The translations under genes and the position numbers were made by a program. A stretch of DNA of 64,000 nucleotides from Octopus sinensis. Lineage: Eukaryota. The stretch lies in the NCBI RefSeq assembly GCF_006345805.1, contig NC_042999.1, positions 135,222,001 to 135,286,000 of the forward strand, in the 5' to 3' direction. Shown here in pieces: positions 49,651 through 62,304 of this stretch; position 1 is the first letter of the stretch, and the number at the start of each line of letters is the position of its first letter. The notes below the pieces were generated by a model, which saw nothing but the letters and a program-made list of their open reading frames with translations, did not search any database and was not told where the DNA came from.

Positions 49651-51164
49651 GTAGTGAAGTTGGGGACCCAAGTAAGACTAATAGTCTATGATGGATCAAG
49701 TGTTTGTATACTGTTGTTGTAGTTTGTGTGGTGACCACATGCGCGAGCATTTTACTTTCTTTTATGCTTGTGGTCCTCTACTATTTGTCTCCTGTTTGTG
49801 TGAGTGTGGTATGTTAAGTTGTTTAATATGAAATGAAGGTCGATTGTATTCTGGTGTAGCTTATAAGAAAGGAGACAGCAGACTTGGTAAGTGTTTCTTT
49901 AAGCCTATTGTGGAACTGGAGTTTCAAGGTGATTTAAGTTGGAGTTGTTGTGCAACAGTGACTTGAGAAAGGCAAGGAAGCTGTGAATGTGACGTCATCT
50001 AAAAATGAAGCTGTATGCTTTGTGGAGGGGTGGGAAGGCTATTTTGGAGTAAGTTGCAAGACGTGAATGAGAGGACAAATCTTGGTGATACTTTTATAGT
50101 GGTGTTACTACAATTCTCTGTTCAGACCTTACTGCCTTGAAGTGGTTTGTCCTGTCAGTGTTAGCCTCATGATTAGGCCACTGTAAGTACATATCCTTAC
50201 AGAAATTAACAAAGTTTCACAATTTCACAATCAAGTTATTTGCAGGTATCCTTTGTATAAAGATGTGTGTTGCCAAATTTGTTTAACCATCAGATGTTAT
50301 GGACAATCCTTGGCTATCTATGAGAAAGGAATCTAAATTTTCCATCCCATTCTCACTTACATGATAAATCACCACAGACTGTATCATCATCATCATCATC
50401 ATCATTTAACGTCCGTTCACCATGCTGGCATGGGTTGGACGGTTCGACTGGGGATCTGGGAATATATATGTATATATGAACATAATCCAACACTGATTCA
50501 TTCTACCAGTATTTGGAAAATTAAAGACTTCAGTGTGCATGTTGTAATATATCATACAGTTGCATGCTGTAAGACATCACAATTTTTTGATAATACAAAT
50601 TATCTAAAGGACACATGTACATTTTTACAATCAGTTGAGTAAACTTTGCTTTGATTATTGTAGCAAATTGGATCTTCTATATTATTTGAATATTCTGTTT
50701 CAAACCAGTATTTATAAACCATATCTTGTGTAATTATCACTGCACCATTCACAACTAAATAGAAATAATGTAGGATAGAGAGAACTGTTAAAAAGTGCCA
50801 GGGACAACACAACTTCTGTAGAATGGTGAATGAAATCTGCTCTCTTATTTGTCTAAGAGAGCCATTACTCCAAATAGGAACTGAATTGAACCGTAACTCA
50901 TTCAAGCCATGCTAGCATGGAAAGTGGGCATAAAATGAAGATATTCTACCAACAAAATAAAAAGAGGTTTACTTTTTCCAACAAGAGAAACTGAAGTGAA
51001 TTGGTATCTCAAACAGTTACAGTAAGGAAGGTTAACTGAAGAATATGCAATGATAATAACAATTGAAACAGTTATTTTGTATTCAAAAACAAAGGACTAA
51101 GATTCCTGGTGCTTTGCTCATAAAGACCACAGCAAAAGTGTTAAGACTGATCCTTCTGGTGGTG

Positions 51165-51352
51165 TAAAGCACTCATGCAGTGCCATGTAAAGTGCCTGTG
51201 CGGCATCATGTAAAAATGCCCATGTGGTGTCACGTAAAAGCTCCTGTGCAGTGTCATGTAAAAGCTCCTGTGTGGGGCCACATCAAAGTGCCTGTGCAGT
51301 GTCATGTAAAAGTGCCTGTGCAGTGTCATGTAAAAGTGCCACGTAAAAGCAC
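51165..51352. repeat. 24-bp minisatellite (gtcatgtaaaagtgcctgtgcagt, about 7 degenerate copies) inside an RTE-tail repeat
   Basis: Direct reading. It runs into ggaagggcatccagc...gatgatgat at 51345-51510. Confidence 0.85.
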
Positions 51353-52519
51353 CTAACACAGTCTGTGAAGTGGTTTGCATTAGGAAGGGCATCCAGCCAC
51401 AGAAACCATGCCAAATCTGACTGGAGACTGATGCAAGCCTCCAGCTTGCCAGTTCTGATCACACTGTCCAATCCATACCAGCATGGATAATAGATGTATG
51501 ATGATGATGGTTCAGTGATAAACAAAGAATGGGTCTTTACGTGATTACTTAACTTGCCAGAAATAGCTGCCAAATCATCCTAAATTCACATCATATCTTT
51601 AACAACAAAGGCTAAATTGTACACAGTCCTGAGCTTTAAAAAAAAAAGACTAAGATAGACAAGGCTAGAAAACCTTTGATCAGGTTTGCCTGATAGAGAC
51701 TGGGGTCAGACTAAACAATAGAGTGAATAATAAAAGTTAAAACCAAAGAAAATTTACATACTATGCTAATTGTTAATGCTTTTCCATTGGAGGAATTAAA
51801 AGAGAGTAAAGAAATTAAACAATATTGAAGTTTTAAAACAATACAGTAGTTAAAAAGAATTGATATTTATGAAACAAAAAATCAATAACAAAAAATAAAC
51901 AAACTAATAATACTACTAAGTAGAATTATATATTTTGCTATATAATTCAACTGTATGTAAAGTCAGTCTAACTTACACACCACTAGATCATAAATTCAAC
52001 TCAGAATGTTCATCAGTGAAAAAGGAACTTACTCATTAGATTAATTACAGACTCTTTTCAGTTTACATACCAGTGGAATCTGTTCTTTTTTTTACCCCCT
52101 CTTTTTCATTTGTTGGCTATGAGAGAGATTGTTGAATATGGTGAAGTGTTGATTATAGGTCAACGATAACAACATGAAATAGTCAATGTAGCCTAAAAAA
52201 ATTAGGATGGTTAGGATAAAAAAAGACAAAGTGATATCCTGAAAAATTTCAGTGTTGAAATTATGGTGCATTTTTTTCTGTTTTATGTGTGTCGAATGGA
52301 GTTTACATATACAAACATTTATAAACTGTGCAAGCAAACATGATTAATTGCAGGATATACTTTCTATCTATGACACACATTAGCACATATTTTTCAGCTA
52401 GACACATCAGGTCATGTCGACTGGTGTATGTAATCATGGGAACACATCACAACAGCTACTGCAGGGGCCGAACAATTATTTCTATGTCAAAGGTTTATCA
52501 ATATTTATAATATAAAGTG

Positions 52520-53190
52520 GAAAGCTGGCAGTATCATTAGCATATCAGGCAAAATGCTTTGCAGCATTTCATCCGTCTTCACATTCTGAGTTCAATTCTG
52601 CCAAGGTTGACTTTGCCTTTCATCCTTTTGGGGTTAACACTAGGCTTGATGTAATCAACTTACCCCTCTCCCAAAATTGCTGACCCTGTGCCAAAATTTG
52701 AAACCATTATTTAAGCTAAGTAAAATTGATGTCATCCATATATACAGGCTTGTCCTTTACAGGTGCTGATGCCACATAAAATGCACTCATGTCAGTGTCA
52801 CATAAAAAGCCCTCATGCTGGTGGTGTGTAATATGCATCCAGCACACTCTGCAAAGTGGTTGGCATTAGGAAGAGCATCTAGCAATAAAAACCATGGCAC
52901 AACAGACAACTGGAGTCTGGACAGCTCCCATCAAACCATCCAACCCATGCTAGCATAGAAAATGGATGTTAAACAATGATGATGATGATGATGATGAAAT
53001 AAGGTGGTGAGCTGGCAGAATCATTAGCACACCAGGCAAAATGCTTAGCAGCATTTCATCTGTCTTCCCATTCTGAGTTCAAATTCTGCCAAGGTTGACT
53101 TTGCTTTTCATGCTTTTGGGGTTGATAAAATAAGAACACTGGGATTGATGCAATCGAGCCCCACCCCCGCCAAAAAAACTGAAACCAATA
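52520..53190 (+). mobile_element. Cluster: family-A SINE, RTE-tail repeat, family-A SINE
   Basis: gagctggcagaatc...ctgagttcaaattctgccaaggttgactttg twice, flanking a ggcattaggaagagcatc...gatgatgat block. Confidence 0.75.
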
Positions 53191-53759
53191 TTTTTAATAT
53201 AAATCAAGTGAGATGTAAATATGCATGTTTAGGACAGAACCTCTAGTCTAATCATGAGAGAGAGAGAGTGTGTGATTATTAAACATATAATAATAAAAAG
53301 TGAGAGATAAAAGCACAACAATTGGTCCTGCCACACCGTGCCACATGAACAAATATGTAAAGATCAGACAACATATCATATGACCAACTGTCAAGAGATG
53401 GTATCAAAGTGATATTTGTTTGTGATATGTATTTTTATATGTCAGTTAATATTTTGATGTACATTCTTTAGTTTGTTTTAGTTATCACAACTTAGAAAAG
53501 GAAATGGTGTTGTTCCACTATTACCAATTGTATAAAGTGACCCTATAAATTTAGTAACTACATGAATGTGTTTGAATGTGTCTGCAGTGTGACTACACTG
53601 GAAACAATGATGTCATAAATTTAATCTGTAAAATATGGGAAGAAAAAAAGAAAAAGCAGAATTATTATATTTGATATATAAGAGGCTGAACAACCCTCCC
53701 CAAAATCTAGTTAAAATTTCTTGTAGTGGTGACACTAATGAAAATAGGGCTGTGTTGAT

Positions 53760-53844
53760 AGTGTTTATATCATAGTCCAAGCCTACAGGAATATCCAAAC
53801 TAAGTTTGGATATTCCTGTAGGCTTGGACTATGATATAAACACT
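53760..53844. repeat. Perfect 85-bp palindrome (42-bp arms, 1-nt spacer)
   Basis: agtgtttatatcatagtccaagcctacaggaatatccaaact-a-agtttggatattcctgtaggcttggactatgatataaacact. The arms were checked base by base. Confidence 0.98.
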
Positions 53845-54039
53845 GCAAGCAAAGAAAGTATATGCCAGTTTTGTACTCCAGGCACAGTAATAGGATTAAA
53901 TGTTATCTACTTGCAACTAGGTGGACAAAGTCAATATAAATTAAGGTTCTAACAGAACATGCATGTTTAAGAGGAGATAAATATTACCTCTTGGTTGAAC
54001 CAATTGAGGGAGCAGCTACCTAAATTGACAATACCTTAT

Positions 54040-55960
54040 TAGATAACGTAATTAAGGATATGAAGACAGGGAAAGCCTCTGGTTCATCAGGAATCACTGC
54101 TGAGATGCTTAAGATATCTGATGGTGTGGGTTATGGTCAAGTCACCTATATTGTAAATCAGTCATCCACAAAGGAGTCATACCAAATGACTGGTGTAGCA
54201 GCACCACAGTCAACTGCTACAAAGACAAAGGTGATGCCTTAGACAGAAATAATTACAGAGGTATAAAATTGTTGGATCAGGTGATGAAAGTTATGGAGAG
54301 AGTCACAGCCCAACAAATTAGGGAGTTAGCCTAGATAAGATGCAATTTGGTTTTGAGCCAGGGAGAAGCACTATTGATGCTGTATTTCTGGTATGACAGT
54401 TGCAGGAGAAATACCTAGTCAAAGATGAACCTCTGCACTTGGCCTTTGCTGACTTGGAGAAAGCCTTTGACAGGGTCCCCTGATCCCTTATCCGATGGTC
54501 AATGAGGAAACTAGGAACAGATGAGTGATTGGTGAGAGCTGTACAAGCCATGTACAGGAATGCTACCTTTAGGTTATGGGTTGGCAATGAGCATAGCAAA
54601 GAATTCAGAGTACAAGTAGGGGTTCACCAAGGATCAGTGCTCAGCCCCCTCTTGTTCATCATAATCCTCCAGGTAATAAGAGAGGAATTTAAGACAGGCT
54701 GCCCTTGTTGATGACTTTGCTCTGAAAGTTGAATCACTACCAGAACGAGAGAAGTTCCAGGTATGGAAGCAACGTCTAGAATCGAAGGGACTTAGAGTCA
54801 ACCTAGCAAAAAGCAGTCTTGGTAAGTAGGAAGACAGACAAATCACAAATCCCTTCAGGTAGATGGCCCTGCTGAATCTGTAGAAAAGGCGGAAGATGCA
54901 CAGGTACAATATATGCAGAAAATAGACTCCATGAACTGCCAGGGGAAAAACTAGAGGTAGTAAGGTAGCTTCCATTTTCTAGGTGACCAAGTTGGTAGTA
55001 GAGGTGGATGCTCCGAGAGTGTAGCTGTGAGAATAAGATTAGGCTGGGCAAAGTTCAGAGAGTTCCTACCCCTGCTGGCAACAAAGATCCTCTCTCTTAA
55101 AGTGAAAGGCAGTTTGTATGATGCCTGTGTGTGAACAGCCATGCTACATGGTAGTGAAACATTGGTTGTGACACCCAAGAACATGTGTAGACTTGAAAGA
55201 AACGAAGCCAGTATGCTTCACTAGATGTGCAGTGTTAGCGTGCATGTTTGACAGAGTGTAAGCATCGGGAGGGAAAAGTTAGGTAGAAGAGGCATCAAAT
55301 GTGGTGTGCAAGAGATGACTATACTGGTATGGTCATGTAATGTGTATGGACAAGGACAGCTGTGTAAAGAAATGCTGATCTCTAATTGTTGAGGGAACTT
55401 GTGGGAGAGGTAGACCCAGGAAAACATGGAATGAAGTGGCGAAGCATGATCTTTGAACTTTGAGCCTCACAGAGGCAATGACTAGTGACTGAAACCTTTG
55501 GCGATATGCTGTGCTTGAGAAGACCTGTCAAGCCAAGTGAAATTGTAGTCATGGCTGATGTTGGCGTCACATAACTGGCACCCATGCCAGTGGCATGGAA
55601 AGAACACCGTTCAAGCATTGGGCCTCATGGAGAAAAAGTGGCTGAGTTCCTTTCAAGCATTGGGCCTCATGGAGACAATGATCAAGACCACTGGCATTAT
55701 GTTGTGCTTGAGAAGAAGACCCATCAAGCCAAGCAAAATTGTAGTCATAGCAGATACCAGTATCATACAAATGGCACCCATGCCAGTGGAATGTAAAAGC
55801 ACCCATTACACTCTCAGAGTGGTTGGCATTAGGAAGGGCATCCAGCTGTAGAAAACCATACCAAATGAGTTTGGTGTAGCCTTCCAGCTTACCAGCCCTG
55901 GTCAAACCATCTAACACATGCCAGCATGGACAACAGATGTTAGATGATGATGATGATGGT
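54040..55960 (+). mobile_element. RTE-clade LINE, about 1.9-kb 3' portion, disabled
   Basis: MKTGKASGSSGITAEMLK, NYRGIKLLD, QFGF, FADLEKAFDRVP, VGVHQGSVLSPLLF, LRVNLAK, WAKFREFLPLL, GRPRKTW and an RTE tail. Confidence 0.92.
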
Positions 55961-58369
55961 ACTAATACTGCCTTTGTTGCTAATAAATATTTTTAACAAG
56001 CTCACTGACTAATCATGACACCAGCACCTGTTCTGGCACTGTTGATTTATATATCACTGGTAAGAAAATGAATTGCTGCTATCTTTAGCATTCAAGTGTC
56101 CATCATTGACAAGATCAAGGAAGGTCAAAATCACATGAACTAGTGATCTCAGTACTAGAGGTGGTGGGGTTCATCTCTCCACTAGCAATATAAACAAGAG
56201 TGCATTTGCATCAAAAGTCAATATGAGAGTTTCTTTCATGATAACTACTGCAGTATAGTTTGTTCTAACAAAACACCCCATGTTTAAATGGGGACAAATT
56301 AAAGTATCTTTTACACTAATATATTATAGTGCTGGTGACAGGATGTGAATTTGTGATAGATATTAAAAGCAAACCATGGAGTGGAAAACTGATATTTTAA
56401 TTGTACTTTCTGAATTCTTTCATTTTCATGGAGAGAAAACATTTAGAATGGAACCAAAAGAAATAATAAAACCATGATACTAATTATGCCATCTTGATTA
56501 TAAGAAATTTTTGAAAGAAAATTATTTGTTCCTAACACTGAAATTCTATTTTCTTATTGTTAATTAATGTTCTCATTTCTATTCTTATGTTGTTGAATTA
56601 CAACATTCGATTTTGTTTCTCTGCACATACAAAATCACCAGTAAAGACAGTCTGTTGGAATATCTATTGCCTTCTCATTCAGATTACTCTGTCAAATGTA
56701 ATGCTTAGTTATTCACATTATTCTGCGTTAGTTTATACCTTCAAGATTTCTATGACATGATTGTTTATTTTTATAATGACATTGTAGGAGGCACAAGCAC
56801 TTACACTCTACTGGGTGGTTGATGTTAGGAAGCACATCCAGCTGTAAAATCCTTGCCAAAACAGGCACAGAAGCTTGATGCAGGTTCCTGCCTGGCCAGC
56901 TCCTGTCCAACCCATGCCAGCATGGAAGGAGGTCATTAAATGATGATGATTGTAGGGTAGATGCGAGAGACCAAACCTGGCTGGTTTGAACATAAAATTG
57001 GAAAATATTTAGGCTGGATATGGCCAGTTTAAATACTAAATAGTTAATATTACTATTTGAGTACATACACAGCTATATTAAAAGGTTTCTTTACAGTTCT
57101 GTAAATCCAGGTTCAATCCCACTGCACAGCACCTTGACAAGTGTCTTTTACTATAAACTCAGGTTGACTAGTTATCATGTGTGTATAAAATGTTAAACTG
57201 ATACTAAGTGCAGCAAACATTGTGAATATAAAAAAACCAAGAAACTGGTGTTTTTCAAATAGTTTCTTGTGATATTTATTCTACATCAAATTTACACACC
57301 TTTTCTTGTCACTCTTGCTGTAAGAAATGCAGTGGACCAGTGATCAATCCATCAGAATAATGCTACTATTCATTAGTTGTAATATATAATCTATCAATAA
57401 TGCATTAAAAGTCAGCTTGAATCTTGCTTACTTGTAATGTTACCCAGCCAAACTGGCACATAATGGGAAAATACAATGACTTAAGTACACCCCGAAATGT
57501 TAATATGAACAGAATGAAACAAGTTTCATGTAAATCATACAAGTGATTTTTGAGATATCAGAGGTTTTTGGAAAAATATTCTGAAAATAATCTTAATTCT
57601 GAAAGGGAAGAAACTCTTATCTTTCAATTAGACACACTGAGTTGACAACAAAAGTATACAATTTTTTTTTTTTTTACAGTAAATGCTTCTATTTTTGCTT
57701 TTGTTAAACACAATATTTTAATTATTTAAAAATATTTTAAAGTAAATGTGATTTCAAAAATGTAAGCTGTTTGTGCAGTAAGTATTTATATTTTAGCTTT
57801 TTTAACAGATTTTCAAATGAATATCATTACAAAACTTTTTCTTGGCATATTAAAAAAATATTTCAAAGTGAAAATGACTTTAAAAATATGGTAAATATTT
57901 TGTAAACCTCAGTGTGAAATATTTTTTTTTTTTGAATGCATTCAATGTATCTCACCTCCAAAGATTTGGCTGCTATTTCCAGCATGCCCTGCTACCATGA
58001 AACAGTTATAGTTATTTGCGAAAAAGGACCAGAAATACCTGTTATGTGGTAGCAGGGCATGCAAGAAATAGCAGCCAAATCTTTCCTTTTCTGGGGAAGG
58101 GAGCCATTTATGCGTGATTTCAATGACACATTCACTGAAAGCATGCAAAATAACCTGGGAAAGAAAAAAAAAACTCCCAAAACAAAACTCCATTGCTGGG
58201 AAACCCAGAGTTTCCTGGTGACCCAACATGTCACTGGTAGTCTAGTAATACATTAAAAGTGAAGTTCAATCTTGCTTGCAATGTTACACAGCGAAACTAG
58301 AACATAATGGGAAAATACTTTGAAAGTAAAGTGCCCCTGAAATGTGAATATGAACAGAATAAAACAACA

Positions 58370-58650
58370 GTTCTATATTTAAGAGATGAGGAATTATGTA
58401 CATTATTTACATTCGACAGATATTTGTCCTCATCTTGTTTGTTGTTAACACAACGTTTCAACTGATATACCCTCCAGCCTTCTTCAGGTGTCTTGGGGAA
58501 ATCTCGAATGTGGGTTCTCATTCCTAAGGTAGTTTTTGATGTTGTTATTATTATTATTATCATTATTGTTATTGTTCAGGTCACTGCTTGGAATTGAACT
58601 CGGAATCTTGGGGTTAGTAGCCCATGCTCTTAACCACTACACCATATGCC
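58370..58650 (-). mobile_element. tRNA-headed SINE-like element carrying a hammerhead motif (family C)
   Basis: A box TGGTGTAGTGG (58634-58644), B box GAGTTCAATTCC (58590-58601), (AAT)n, then the hammerhead. The 3' end ...atctcttaaatatagaac is the same as that of the copy at 31565. Confidence 0.7.
58447..58492 (-). ncRNA. Minimal type-I hammerhead ribozyme motif with intact core
   Basis: gacac-CTGAAGA-a-ggctg(10 nt)cagtt-GAAAC-GTT-gtgtt. CUGANGA and GAAA are intact, stem I is 5 bp, stem III is palindromic AACGTT, and the predicted site is GUU. Confidence 0.65.
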
Positions 58651-59589
58651 GTGTTCGATTCCAAGCAGTGACCTGAACAATAATAATAATAAGGACCACA
58701 TCGAAAAATACCTTAGGAATGAGAACCCAGATTCGAATAATAATAACAATAATAATAATAAAGACCCAAAATGGTGCATTAAAGGAAAATACTCCAAATA
58801 TTACTTAACCTTGATGGGCAAATATTTTAAAGTGAAAATGACTTTAAAAATATGGTAAATATTTCCTAAAAGACTTGTTTGTAACCTCAGTGTGAAATAG
58901 TTTTTTTCCATAGGTTTCTTTCAAGTGCATTCAACGTATCTCACCTCCAAAGATTTGGCTGCTATTTCTAGCATGCCCTGCTACCATATAACTGCTATTT
59001 GCAATAAAGGACCCGAAATACCTGTTATATAGTAGCAGGGTGTGCAAGAAATAGCAGCCAAATCTTTCCTTTTCTGGGGAAAGGAGCCGTTTATGTGTGA
59101 TTTCGATGTCACATTCGTTGAAAGCATGCGAAATAACTTTGGAAAAGACAAAAAAAAAAACCCCATGAAACAAAACTCCATTGATGGGAAATTCAGACTT
59201 CCCTGGTGACCCGGGTAGTCTAGTTAAATATATAATTAAATACCTGCTGCTTTCATACCTAGTACTATTATTATTGCTGCTTTCCAACTCAGTACTACAA
59301 CATATAGATAAAGGCACCTATGCACACATACAAGGAGCAGTAAGCAACAAGTTAGTAGTTATATTTAGGTTATATAAATATATTAAATTAAGAACATTGT
59401 ATTCAAAATGTACAATAACAGGTTGCAGGTATAGCTTATTTCACACAAAAATTACATTTATTTTTCTTTACAAATACATAGTGTTTAATATTTGAACAAG
59501 GAAGATGCAATATAGTTAGACAACTTTACAGTGTACAATTATTTCTATTAATTCTAAATGCTAATTACAATACATAATGAATAGTTACT

Positions 59590-59707
59590 TTTGTTTAATG
59601 TTGAAAGGCAAAGCTGATTTCAGCAGAATTTGAAGTCAGAATGTAAAGACGGCTGAAACGCCACTAAGCATCTTACCCAGTGTGCTAATAATTCTGCCAG
59701 CTCAACG

Positions 59708-59747
<40 letters not shown>

Positions 59748-59950
59748 TTGATTTCAAATTTTGGTACAAGGCCAGCAATTTCAAGGAGAGGGTAAGTTGA
59801 TTATGTCAACCCCAGTGCTCAACTTGTACTTATTTTATTGACCCTGGAAGGATGACAGGCAAAGTCAACCTCGGCAGAATTTAAACTAATTTGAAATGCC
59901 GTTAAGCATTTTATCCGATGTACTACCGATTCTGCTAGCTCGCCGTCTTA
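59590..59950 (-). mobile_element. Two family-A SINE copies separated by (TA)n
   Basis: gaaaggcaaag...gcagaatttgaa motif twice. Confidence 0.7.
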
Positions 59951-62304
59951 CTTAGATATAATAAATAATAAACATTGCTTTTATGACCGTCAAGACACAA
60001 AAATGCTATATTATAGGCAATAGCAGATTTTAATGTTTCCTCAAGCCAATTCTATACATAGCTTTTTAAGATTTTTTTTTATCTGTTTGCTTTTTAATGA
60101 TATCTGCATTAAATTAAACCTATTGTTTTCAAGTGAATGTCATCTGAGTTATTTCTTCTCTGAACAATTCTACTTTCTGCTTCATACCAGTGTACAATCT
60201 TATACATTTTCATTGTGATTCTCTCATCACTACTTCGTCAAGTGTATACTTAACTTATGAGGTCAGAATAATACTGAAACATATCCAGAGAGATCTGCAA
60301 TACCTATCAAAATAATCCAAATATCATCAGTCATCATCTGATGACTTTCTTCATATAATTTCTAGCTAACATTTTATGCAAGGCGTATTAAAATGTTAAT
60401 AACATTAACTCAATTATTGCTTTCATATACATGATAGCTATGACTTATGTAGTCTCAAACCAATTACATTTTTCAAAACCAACCACTGTACAATCTTGAA
60501 CATGCATATATGAATTATGTTCAATATACACGTATCTCCCATTTACAAAATTGGAAGAAATATTTCTTTCAATATTAAAATAAAATATTTTTCAACATAT
60601 TTATTTTAAAGGTATAAACACCATCACATAAGTATTGAAATACTTTCAAGTTTAAGTGTTGAAATACTTATATCATTGAATCAGTATTTCAATAAGCACT
60701 AAAATACTTGAGTTGTGAAGGAAATATTAGGGTTTAATCCAAGCCTAAGGGAAAATATAGTTGAAAAAATGTCCTTGTCTACAGTATGAAATGAAGGTTA
60801 AATAAATACACAGATGATAAAGTTAATAGTTTGATCATGTTTCACAAGTAACAACTTAGTTTATAAATATATACATATAAAGCTGCAAATTAAAGCAAGC
60901 AAAAATTACAATGCTAACTCTACAGGCAAGCTTGATCAAACACATCTATGGTTATTCTTTTTTTAAGGTTAAGATTGGATTTCAAGTGGGTTTGGCCACT
61001 ACTTCTAGTAAGTAAAGTTCCCTTATAGTTGAAGGTGTGTGTGTGTTATATAGTATCAGAAATAGCTAGTCACTGCTTAATCTTAGATCAATCCTGATCA
61101 AGCAGGAACATATCTTAGCTCACCTTAAAGACAGTGTATCATGAGGGAGATTTGGTTGCTAGGTTAGCAGACCATGTAACTTGATAGGGGATGTCAGGCT
61201 TAGGGGCAAGATGACTGACCATGTGTTTATAAGTGCAAATTTCACTACAACCATTGTGTTGTGTACCTGAACAAGGCACATAATCTTGCTTCTGTTAGTT
61301 TGCTTGATTTGACACAAAACAGTTTCCAGTTTTTGATAGTTGTCTGGTTAGTGTTAAAAAAAAAATGAAGGACAGCCACCAACAAAGCAAAGCATTATGT
61401 GTTTGGTGGGATATAAAAGGTTTAGCCCACTTATCCTACAATGACATTCTAAAAATAATCACATTGGAAACTTGAAGCTATGAGATAGTGCATTATTCAT
61501 TAAAAATAATGCAAACACGTAAGTATTACATTTGACAGAGTAATTTGAACACGAAAGGGTTAAACCTTTCAATTTATGCAAACATAGAAAAATGAATGCT
61601 TAAATTCTTTTATTAATAGTAAACTTTATATTAAGGATACAAAGGAGGATCAGGTGGGCAAGATAGCACTAATAATGTTGGGAATAGATATGGGGTATTC
61701 TGGTATGAAAAAAAAAAAAAACCTAACAATTGTATCAAAAGAGATTTGTCTCATCTAGTAAATGTTTTAGAAACTAAAGTTACAGGCTACTAATCCTTGT
61801 TGTCTCCAGAAAGATTGAACACTTATTTGCTTTAAATATCGGACTATGATCATAACAAATTACCACCTTTAAAGAGTTTTAGTAGATCATACAGACTCCA
61901 GGACTTATTACTTTACAAATCACTTGTCACATTGCTAAGTTAGGGACATAAACATAGGCACTGCTTTTTTTAAATAATGTCAGTGTAAAGAGATACATAC
62001 ATGCATATACCCTTATTAATACATACACACCTAATGACATACAATGAGTTTCTGCACTGATTCCATTTATGAATTTAATTCCTTAAGCATTTATCAGCCC
62101 TGGGCTATAAAAAGATACATGTTTGCAAAGCAAACTTCTTAATCATACAGTCATGCCTGCACCTGATTAATGTATGAATATTTAACAATTTTAAACCTCA
62201 GTTGATATATTTCTTTGATGCATATGATTTCTAAAAACCCCATGTGCAAATAAGAAAAATATATAAAGTCAATATAATAATAATAATAATAATAATTGTT
62301 ATTA

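Larger units (their letters stand above)
57390..59223 (+). mobile_element. Head-to-tail dimer of a non-autonomous Helitron-like element
   Basis: A|TC start at 57390. Unit 1 ends hairpin+CTAG at 58245 and unit 2 ends CTAG|T at 59223. 57400-57525 matches 58255-58360 and 57850-58245 matches 58820-59223. Confidence 0.65.

Noticed and set aside
58590-58650. Possible tRNA gene (also the heads at 11900-11965 and 12555-12605)
   Set aside because: A/B boxes are present but I could not form a full cloverleaf with an acceptor stem, and the heads run into repeat bodies. They are treated as SINE heads; tRNAscan-SE would settle it.
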